The notes under the pieces were generated by a model that was given only the letters and a program-made list of their open reading frames with translations, was not told the DNA's origin and did no database searches. From positions 1 through 24,444 of the forward strand of contig JBAXIL010000026.1 in NCBI GenBank assembly GCA_037138355.1: a stretch of 24,444 nucleotides of DNA, in the 5' to 3' direction. The stretch comes from a bacterium. GTDB lineage: Bacteria > Oederibacteriota > PGYV01 > Palsa-1178. Below are positions 17,571 to 24,444 of this stretch, piece after piece; positions within the stretch are counted from its first letter, which is position 1; the number at the start of each line of letters is the position of its first letter. The position numbers and the translations under genes were made by a program.

Positions 17571-18379
17571 TTGTTTTCCTTTTTCAATCTTGGATTAAAA
17601 TAATCCCTAAGCCCTTCACCAAGTATATTATAAGAGAATACTGCAATAAATATAGCAAGCCCTGGATAAAAAACCATCCACCAAGCAGTGTGTATATAAT
17701 CTTTGCCAGCGGTTAAGATATTGCCCCAGCTTGGATATGGGGGCTGAACTCCAAGTCCTAAAAATGATAGCCCTGATTCTGTAAGTATGGCTCCTGATAT
17801 TCCAAAAGTCATATAAACAAATATAGGTCCAAGTATATTGGGCATTATGTGTTTGAAGATTATTGTCCGTTTTCTCAACCCAATTAATTTGGCTGCATCT
17901 ACATAAGCCAGTTTTTTTACTGACATTACTTCTGCCCTGATTAATCTGGCTATGTCTGTCCAAGAAGTAAGTCCTATAATTATCATGACATTAATAATAG
18001 AAGGTCCTAAAAAAACTATCAGCATTAGTATTAAAAACAGCGTGGGTATAGTAAGCATTATATCCACAAAACGCATTATGATATTGTCAATTAACCCTCC
18101 AAAATATCCTGCCACTGAGCCAAGTAAAATCCCAATCAAAGCGGAAATAAGAACTGCAATTATTCCCACTGTCATAGATATTCTTGCCCCATAAAGCATG
18201 CGTGAGAAAACATCTCGCCCTAATTCATCTGTGCCAAATATGTGTTTCGTATCTGGTGAGCTTAACCTTATGGATATGTCTTGAGTTTTATAATCATAAG
18301 AAGTGAGCAAAGGCGCGGCTATAGCAGAAAGTATAAGCAGGACTGCTGCTATGGCACCTGTCATTATCATTTTATTCAT
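17567..18379 (-). CDS. oppC: peptide/nickel ABC transporter permease (OppC/DppC-like)
   Basis: HIFGTDELGRDVFSRMLYGARIS, YVDAAKLIG, HIMPN, ESGLSFLGLG, GEGLRD. Confidence 0.92.
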   Translation of the reverse strand: MNKMIMTGAIAAVLLILSAIAAPLLTSYDYKTQDISIRLSSPDTKHIFGTDELGRDVFSRMLYGARISMTVGIIAVLISALIGILLGSVAGYFGGLIDNIIMRFVDIMLTIPTLFLILMLIVFLGPSIINVMIIIGLTSWTDIARLIRAEVMSVKKLAYVDAAKLIGLRKRTIIFKHIMPNILGPIFVYMTFGISGAILTESGLSFLGLGVQPPYPSWGNILTAGKDYIHTAWWMVFYPGLAIFIAVFSYNILGEGLRDYFNPRLKKENK

Positions 18380-18386
18380 ATAATAC

Positions 18387-19358
18387 CTACTTATATCTTA
18401 TGCGCGGGTCAACAAGCGCATAAGATATGTCAGCGATTAAATTACCTAAAAGCGTAAGAAAAGCAGCCATAGTGACAGTTCCCATAATAACTGGATAATC
18501 AAATGTCATAGCGGATTCATAAGCCAACCTACCCATACCAGGCCAAGCAAATATGGTCTCAAATATAAAACTACCACCTATCAATCCAGGCAATGACAAA
18601 CCCAGCAAAGTAATTACTGGAAGTAAGCTGTTCTTAAGAGCATTTTTATAAATGATTTTATTTTCAGGAAGGCCCTTAGCATAAGCGGCTATAGTGTACT
18701 GCTGTGTTAAAGATTCTATCATACTTGATTTTACATATCGGGATATGTAAGCAAGTCCGCCAAACGCAGTAATAAAAACAGGAAGTATCAAATGCCAAAT
18801 CACATCTGCCACTTGCTCGCCCAAGGACATCACATCAAAATTAAATGAAGTAATTCCAGAGACAGGCAAGATTGGCCATATTACTGCGAAAAGCATCATA
18901 AGTATTAAAGCCAGCCAGAAAGTAGGCACTGAGTATCCTACAAAAGTAAAGAGTGTCATAAAGCGGTCATAAAAAGTATTTCTTTTTAGTGCAGATGTGA
19001 CACCTATAATTATTCCGAGAAAAAATATAACCGCTAAAGAAACCAAGTTAAGTAATAATGTGGCAGGCAATCTTTCTAAAACTTTATCAAGCACAGGCCT
19101 ATTGTCTATGAAGGACTCGCCAAAATCAAACCGAATAAAACGCCATACCCATTTGAAATACTGCTCGTATAAAGGTTTATCCAAACCATATAGGACTTTG
19201 AGTCTTTCCATAGAATCAGGTGAGACCTTCACATTCATTTCCATATTGGTCCTGACAAACCCGCCTGGAGTTAAGTGTATTATAGAAAAAGTTATGATAG
19301 TAATACCTATTAGGACAGGAATTATCAGCAGTAATCTTTTTAATATATACTGTTTCAT
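18387..19358 (-). CDS. oppB: peptide/nickel ABC transporter permease (OppB/DppB-like)
   Basis: YILKRLL, YGLDKPLYEQY, FDFGES, HLILP, AKGL, ETIFAWPGMG, DYPVI, DPRIRY. Confidence 0.92.
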   Translation of the reverse strand: MKQYILKRLLLIIPVLIGITIITFSIIHLTPGGFVRTNMEMNVKVSPDSMERLKVLYGLDKPLYEQYFKWVWRFIRFDFGESFIDNRPVLDKVLERLPATLLLNLVSLAVIFFLGIIIGVTSALKRNTFYDRFMTLFTFVGYSVPTFWLALILMMLFAVIWPILPVSGITSFNFDVMSLGEQVADVIWHLILPVFITAFGGLAYISRYVKSSMIESLTQQYTIAAYAKGLPENKIIYKNALKNSLLPVITLLGLSLPGLIGGSFIFETIFAWPGMGRLAYESAMTFDYPVIMGTVTMAAFLTLLGNLIADISYALVDPRIRYK

Positions 19359-19385
19359 TTCGCCTCGATATTATTTTTTTTTGTA

Positions 19386-19566
19386 ACAACCACCGTAGTG
19401 AGAGGGGGCAAGCCCACTCTCTACAGTTTTCTATTCTTGTTTTTTTCAAACCAAGCACTCACAACACCGTAGAGCGGCTGCTCGCTGCCGCTCACCATGT
19501 TTATTTCTTGTGAGAGGGGGCAAGCCCCCTATCTACGGTTTTCTATTCTTATTTTTTTCAAAACAA
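19386..19566. repeat. cluster of GTAG-type REP-like palindromes (BIME/REPIN-like) within a 57-bp direct repeat
   Basis: 19398-19454 and 19510-19566 match at 52 of 57 nt. Three 29-nt hairpins fit CYGTAGA-N6-GCTYGC-N5-CTCAC, at 19398-19426 (-), 19467-19495 (+) and 19510-19538 (-). Confidence 0.8.
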
Positions 19567-19601
19567 AAAAGCCCTCTCCAATAAAAGAGAGGGCTTTTTT
19601 T
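19565..19601. terminator. Rho-independent terminator (potentially bidirectional) ending the sugar ABC operon
   Basis: AAAAAA-GCCCTCTC-N8-GAGAGGGC-TTTTTTT, ~25 nt downstream of the 19627 stop. Confidence 0.88.
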
Positions 19602-19626
19602 ATAACATATAAAACTTATGGTTCAA

Positions 19627-20862
19627 TTAGCCTTTTAATCCGCTTGTTGCCACACCCTCTATGAAGAATCTCTGACCAAAGAAGAATATCATAAGTATTG
19701 GTAGAAGCACTATAGTTGAGGCAGCCATCATGAGATCATAATTGGTTCCATACATAGTAGTAAATGTCTGCAAGCCGAGTGCGAGCGTGTAGTTTGAGGT
19801 GCTATTTAAATATATCAAAGGATTCATAAAGTCGTTCCAATTATATACAAAGCCAAATATTGCTGTGGTTGCCATAGCTGGTTTGACCAAAGGAACAAGA
19901 ATTATCCAAAATATCTGGAGATAATTACAACCGTCTATTTTTGCCGCTTCATCTAACTCTACTGGCACGGTCATTAAAAACTGACGCATTAAAAATATAT
20001 TGAAAGCTCCGCCACCGAAGAAGGTCGGAACAATCAACGGTGCAAAAGTATCTATCCATCCTAATTGTTTAAACAAGAAGAAGGTAGGAATCATAGTTAC
20101 CTGTGCTGGAATCATCATAGTTGCAATCATTATCATAAAGAGCTGGTCGCGATATGGGAACTTAAATCTGGCAAAACCATAAGCCACAAAAGTAGAACTT
20201 AACAAAACGCCTATAATACCTGTTATGGTGATTATAAGAGTATTCATGAGATACTTAGTAAATGTTTCATCAAGTGCCTTTGGAGCCCACGCCTTGCCAT
20301 AATTTGACCACTGTGGCCACACATCTGCTATCTTATCTCCCATATGAACCGTAGCGCCATCTTTCACTACTGGCTTGGTGTCCTGAGATATTTGATATTC
20401 CTTTATAAGCAAACCCTTATCACTTGTAATAGTTATGGTTTTTGACTTATCCACTTTTTCTACTATAGCCACTTTGCCACTGTTTGGAATTGTAGCAATT
20501 ATGTCGCCTTTGGCTACTATATCATTCTTTTTCACTTTCAACTCTGCTATTGCAGGAATTACATGACTATATCCACCAAGCTCTATTCTCTTAGTGCCAT
20601 CTGTATCTTTTGTTATTTTTATTTTCCCGCTATTACTTGCTTTTATTTCAGTATCATAATTTAAAGTCAGTTGCGTATAAGGAAGCCACCTTGGGGGAAC
20701 TGTAAATATCTGGTCAGGTGCTTTAAGCGAAGTCGTTATCATCCACACAAGCGGCACAACAAAAACAAGCGCGCCACTCCAGGCAATAATATAAAGAACC
20801 CAACTCGCTATTTGGCCTTGAATCCTTTGGCTTTCAAAAAATCCCACACTCTTCTTCGCCAT
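19627..20862 (-). CDS. carbohydrate ABC transporter permease (MalG/UgpE type) with ~120-aa extracytoplasmic insert
   Basis: PLVWMITTSLK, AYGFAR, EAA loop ELDEAAKIDG, WNDF..PLIYL, QRFFIEG. 411 aa versus ~280 typical for the family. Confidence 0.92.
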   Translation of the reverse strand: MAKKSVGFFESQRIQGQIASWVLYIIAWSGALVFVVPLVWMITTSLKAPDQIFTVPPRWLPYTQLTLNYDTEIKASNSGKIKITKDTDGTKRIELGGYSHVIPAIAELKVKKNDIVAKGDIIATIPNSGKVAIVEKVDKSKTITITSDKGLLIKEYQISQDTKPVVKDGATVHMGDKIADVWPQWSNYGKAWAPKALDETFTKYLMNTLIITITGIIGVLLSSTFVAYGFARFKFPYRDQLFMIMIATMMIPAQVTMIPTFFLFKQLGWIDTFAPLIVPTFFGGGAFNIFLMRQFLMTVPVELDEAAKIDGCNYLQIFWIILVPLVKPAMATTAIFGFVYNWNDFMNPLIYLNSTSNYTLALGLQTFTTMYGTNYDLMMAASTIVLLPILMIFFFGQRFFIEGVATSGLKG

Positions 20863-20899
20863 TTAAAAAAACCTCCGATATAATTTTAGAAATTAATTT

Positions 20900-21820
20900 T
20901 TATTTTTTAAGTTCGCCTTCATAGTGTACCCAACCGCCCGCAACCTTAAACTGTAGGAGCGTGAAAATCATAATTATGATAAAGAGAATCCATGCTATGG
21001 CTGAAGCGTAGCCCATATTGTGGAATTTGAATGCCTGTTGATAAATATATAAAACCATAACAAGCGTAGAATCTGCCGGACCGCCCTGCCCTCCGGTCAT
21101 AACATACACCTGCGTAAAGACCTGAAATGAAGCCACAACACTCATTATCAAATTGAAGAAAATAACTGGGGTTAACATAGGAAGCGTCACATATCTAAAC
21201 TTATCAAACATACCCGCTCCGTCTATATCTGCTGCCTCATATAGCTGTCTTGGTATTCCCTGAAGTCCGGCTAAGTATATAATCATATTTCCGCCGACTC
21301 CCCAAAGACTCATAATAACGATAGCTGGTTTGGACCATAATTCATCCGCCATCCACATAGGTCCTTTAACGCCAAGCAGTGACAGACCATAATTGATAAG
21401 ACCAAAATCAGGATTTAGCAACCACATCCAAATAATAGCAGAAGCCACACCAGCAGTAACGGATGGCAAGTAATAGATAGTGCGAAGAAGTCTTACTGTT
21501 TTCCACTTCTGGTTCATAAGCAAAGCAACCATTACAGAACCCACAATACCAAGTGGCACTGAAAATATTGTATAGTAGAAAGTATTAAATAAGCTATTTA
21601 AAAATCTCGTATCAGAAAACATTTTAATAAAGTTGTCAAGGCCGACTAACTTAGGAGGTGTTATCAGATCCCAATCACAAAAAGCTAAAATCAAAGATGC
21701 TATAATCGGACCGCCTGTGAAGAAAATCAATCCAAGAATCCAAGGAGAAATAAAAATAAATCCCCATATGGCATCTTGTTTTGACATTTTTACCTTATTT
21801 TTTTTAACTGCGTTCTCCAT
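20900..21820 (-). CDS. carbohydrate ABC transporter permease (MalF/UgpA type)
   Basis: FISPWILG, VGLDNF, RTIYYLPSV, LAGLQGIP..LYEAADIDGA, TLPMLTP, MGYASA. RBS GGAGG. Confidence 0.93.
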   Translation of the reverse strand: MENAVKKNKVKMSKQDAIWGFIFISPWILGLIFFTGGPIIASLILAFCDWDLITPPKLVGLDNFIKMFSDTRFLNSLFNTFYYTIFSVPLGIVGSVMVALLMNQKWKTVRLLRTIYYLPSVTAGVASAIIWMWLLNPDFGLINYGLSLLGVKGPMWMADELWSKPAIVIMSLWGVGGNMIIYLAGLQGIPRQLYEAADIDGAGMFDKFRYVTLPMLTPVIFFNLIMSVVASFQVFTQVYVMTGGQGGPADSTLVMVLYIYQQAFKFHNMGYASAIAWILFIIIMIFTLLQFKVAGGWVHYEGELKK

Positions 21821-21912
21821 TTATAATCCTCCGAGTTATTAATTTTGCCTACTGCCGTTTTTATCTTAACGACCATAGCAAAAGTATTTACTATATTATT
21901 TCTATGAGTGCG

Positions 21913-21946
21913 TTTAAACCCGTAGGTTTTAACCTACGGGTTTAAA
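21913..21946. repeat. perfect 16-bp inverted repeat between the binding-protein and permease genes (mRNA-stabilising hairpin or partial terminator)
   Basis: TTTAAACCCGTAGGTT-TT-AACCTACGGGTTTAAA, 15 nt downstream of the 21962 stop. Confidence 0.8.
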
Positions 21947-21961
21947 TATGTTAATATCTAC

Positions 21962-23257
21962 TTATTCAGCAAAATAATTTGCGTTTATTTGTGGAACTAT
22001 TTTTTTCAATACTGCTGCTGCTTTATCCTTGCCATTCCATACTTTGTCATAAGCAGGTGCAATCATAGATACATTTACTTCTTCCCATTCCGGCATAAGT
22101 GGTGCGAATTGTACATACTTAACCGCTTCTAATAACATTTTTTTATTCGCTGGTTTTAAACCGTCAAGAAACAGCTTTGATTCAGCAATGTTTTTCATAG
22201 CTGGCTGTGCAAGTCCTGTTGCTGCAAGCTTCTTCTGTCCTTCAGCGCCTGCAAGATAAGTTACAAGCTTCCAAGCCAATTCTTTATTCTTTGCTGACTT
22301 CACTATAGCATAACCAGAACCGCCTGTAGGAAATGCTCTTATTCCTTTTGGGCTCTTTGGGAACATTGCAACATCCCAATCAAAACCTGTGATTTGTGTT
22401 CTGAAAAGTGGGGTCTTCCAAAGGCCAGAGAAAAACATTGCTACTCTTTCTGATACAAACATATCGCCTGTTCCCATTCCGCCCATGGCAGTCATTTGAG
22501 AAGGTGAAGGCATAACTTTATATTTATTTATCATATCTGCTCTGAACTGTACTGCATCAATCACGGCTTGTTTATCCATTACGCATTTCTTTGGATTCTT
22601 TACATTGTCAACCATAGCTCCGCCATTTGAATAAACAAAGGCCTCCCATATCGGCCAATCATCCACAAAACCATACTGTGTTGGAACTCCGTTAGAATCT
22701 TTCTTAACAAACTTTTTCGCAGTTGCTAAAAGATCATTCCAGTTCCAGCTATCTTTCGGATATTTTACGCCTGATTCGTCAAACATTTTTTTATTGTAAT
22801 AGATACAGCAGATAGGAGCAATATCACGCGGCAATACATAAAGACTTTTATCAACAGTGAATCTGTCAATTATTTCCTTGTAGAAATCAGTAGTTTTAAG
22901 TGTGGTGTCTTTTGCAAGATATGGTGTCAAATCTTCAAGTACTCCCTTAGAAGCGAATTCTTTAAAGTTATTTACTTCTACGAAAAGTACATCTGGGGCT
23001 GAACCGCCAGCAAACTGAGTGAGGACTTTTTCCATATAAGGTGGGCCTGATGGAGCTCTTTCTGCACTAACTGTAGCGCCTGTTTCTTTTTCAAATTTTG
23101 CTATCATTTCTTTTATAATTGTTATTTCACTTGTGTCTCCCCAGTACATAAACCTTAACTTTTCTCCGCCTAACTTCAAACCGCCTTTACATCCTGAGAT
23201 AAAAACAATGATTAAAACCGACAAAACTGCCATTAAAAGTATAAAACCTTTTCTCAT
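21962..23257 (-). CDS. carbohydrate ABC transporter substrate-binding lipoprotein (family 1)
   Basis: Lipobox ISGC. APDVLFV, LEDLTPYL, IYYNKKMFDESG, WNWNDLLATAKK, FDWDVAMFP, KNKELAWKLV. RBS GGGAGG. Confidence 0.93.
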   Translation of the reverse strand: MRKGFILLMAVLSVLIIVFISGCKGGLKLGGEKLRFMYWGDTSEITIIKEMIAKFEKETGATVSAERAPSGPPYMEKVLTQFAGGSAPDVLFVEVNNFKEFASKGVLEDLTPYLAKDTTLKTTDFYKEIIDRFTVDKSLYVLPRDIAPICCIYYNKKMFDESGVKYPKDSWNWNDLLATAKKFVKKDSNGVPTQYGFVDDWPIWEAFVYSNGGAMVDNVKNPKKCVMDKQAVIDAVQFRADMINKYKVMPSPSQMTAMGGMGTGDMFVSERVAMFFSGLWKTPLFRTQITGFDWDVAMFPKSPKGIRAFPTGGSGYAIVKSAKNKELAWKLVTYLAGAEGQKKLAATGLAQPAMKNIAESKLFLDGLKPANKKMLLEAVKYVQFAPLMPEWEEVNVSMIAPAYDKVWNGKDKAAAVLKKIVPQINANYFAE

Positions 23258-23303
23258 GCTGTTCCTCCCATAAAATAAAATATTTTTAAAACACTGTTTT
23301 ATT

Positions 23304-23331
23304 ATTTTACTCTTTTAGTGATAAAAGTCAA
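23304..23331 (-). promoter_or_regulatory. sigma70-type promoter for the sugar ABC operon
   Basis: TTGACT-N16-TAAAAT about 46 nt upstream of ATG 23257. Confidence 0.55.
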
Positions 23332-23381
23332 GGTGATTTTGGAAAAAGGGCTAATAATCAAAGACAAATATGATTAATTCC

Positions 23382-24410
23382 TTAATGCTTTTCCCCTGCC
23401 AATTGTCCACAAGCGCCACCTATATCTGCGCCTTTTTCTTTCCTTATGAAGATCTTCACGCCTTTTTCCATAAGATACTTTTGAAAGGCCTTTACTTTGT
23501 CTATTTCTGGCTTGGTAAACTCTTTATCTGTGACGCTATTATAAGGAATCAGATTAACTTTGTAGTCAATTCCTCTCATAAGCTTATAAAACGCATCAGC
23601 ATCTTTTATAGAATCATTTATTCCAGCAAATATAGGATACTCAAACATAATTGTTCTTTCTGTTTTGGTGGTGTAATACTTTGCCATTTTCACTATCTCA
23701 GTCAGAGGGTATGCCTTATTCATAGGTATTAGTTTTGACCTTGCCTCATCACTTGCCGTTATTATAGAAACAGCCAAACCAAACCTGTAATCCTTATCAG
23801 CCATTTCTTTTATTGCAGGAATTATACCTATGGTAGAAACCGTCACCCTAAGTTGTGCAAAATGAAAACCTTTCTCGTCATTTAAAATAAATATAGCTCG
23901 TTTCACATTTTCCCAATTAAGCATTGGTTCGCCCATACCCATAAAAACTACATTATCAATTTTTACTCCTGTTTCTTTCTGGGCATAAATAAACTGATTA
24001 ACTATCTCGCCTGTTGTTAAGTCCCGCTTGAAACCAATTGTGCCTGTAGCACAAAAAGCACACGCGCAAGCACAGCCGACCTGTGAGGAAATACATAAGG
24101 TGGTGCGTTCCTTATCAGGTAATACCACACTCTCTATGCGTTCTTTGTCTCCAAGCTCAAAAAGAAACTTTACTGTTCCATCTAAAGCCGACTCAATTTT
24201 CTTTACGGTCTTAAGACGACTTAAGTAATAGCCACTATTTTTTAAAGCATCTTTTAAATCTTTTGGAATCGTCTTCATATCGTCAATACTTTCTGCCCCT
24301 TTAAAAAGCCACTGAAAAACTTGGTCGCCTCTATACTTGGGTTGTTCCAAAGAAACCATTATTTCTTTTATTTCATCACGCGTAAGACATCTTAAATCCA
24401 TGCTTTTCAT
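23382..24410 (-). CDS. rlmN: 23S rRNA (A2503-C2)/tRNA methyltransferase, radical SAM
   Basis: DGTVKFLF, IESV, CISSQVGCACACAFCATG (CxxxCxxC), VFMGMGEP, VNLIPYN, GADIGGACGQL. RBS GGAG. Confidence 0.96.
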   Translation of the reverse strand: MKSMDLRCLTRDEIKEIMVSLEQPKYRGDQVFQWLFKGAESIDDMKTIPKDLKDALKNSGYYLSRLKTVKKIESALDGTVKFLFELGDKERIESVVLPDKERTTLCISSQVGCACACAFCATGTIGFKRDLTTGEIVNQFIYAQKETGVKIDNVVFMGMGEPMLNWENVKRAIFILNDEKGFHFAQLRVTVSTIGIIPAIKEMADKDYRFGLAVSIITASDEARSKLIPMNKAYPLTEIVKMAKYYTTKTERTIMFEYPIFAGINDSIKDADAFYKLMRGIDYKVNLIPYNSVTDKEFTKPEIDKVKAFQKYLMEKGVKIFIRKEKGADIGGACGQLAGEKH

Positions 24411-24444
24411 TTTCGCTCCAATAATTTTTTTAATTTACATTTTC

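Noticed and set aside
19216..19458. 80-aa minus-strand ORF through the repeat region
   Set aside because: Starts inside the REP-like repeats and overlaps oppB out of frame.
19398..19566. Possible mini CRISPR array
   Set aside because: Only two 57-bp direct copies, the intervening sequence is itself a related inverted hairpin, and no cas genes are present.
10963..23257. nagA and the sugar ABC unit as one GlcNAc utilisation locus
   Set aside because: They are separated by about 7.5 kb of unrelated genes, with no kinase, nagB or glycosidase in the window. The substrate cannot be inferred.

Overview
Low-GC bacterial chromosomal segment, probably from an anaerobe (it has a CoA-dehydratase activase and a hemerythrin), densely coding and mostly on the minus strand. 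Left to right: two tandem FGE-sulfatase/C-type-lectin-fold lipoprotein genes, one running off the window start and missing from the ORF track; a compact four-gene unit (Kelch-like propeller lipoprotein, NTF2-like lipoprotein, bacteriohemerythrin, small GIY-YIG-like protein); a 1443-aa fused acyl-CoA dehydratase activase; alkD; a REC-histidine kinase; an HD hydrolase; nagA; an FKBP PPIase; a plus-strand PASTA-rpe-ffh operon; an Opp/Dpp BCDF transporter with no binding protein; a sugar ABC unit with no ATPase; and rlmN. No rRNA, tRNA, CRISPR array, transposase or reverse transcriptase was recognised. Three observations stand out. The lectin-fold lipoprotein has a GC-rich, adenine-poor 3' end resembling a diversity-generating retroelement (DGR) variable region, with no template repeat or RT in the window. 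The MalG-type permease carries a ~120-aa tandem insert resembling barrel-sandwich hybrid domains. A cluster of three 29-nt GTAG REP-like hairpins with covarying stems lies where an oppA gene would be expected. All product calls come from reading motifs by eye, not from database searches.
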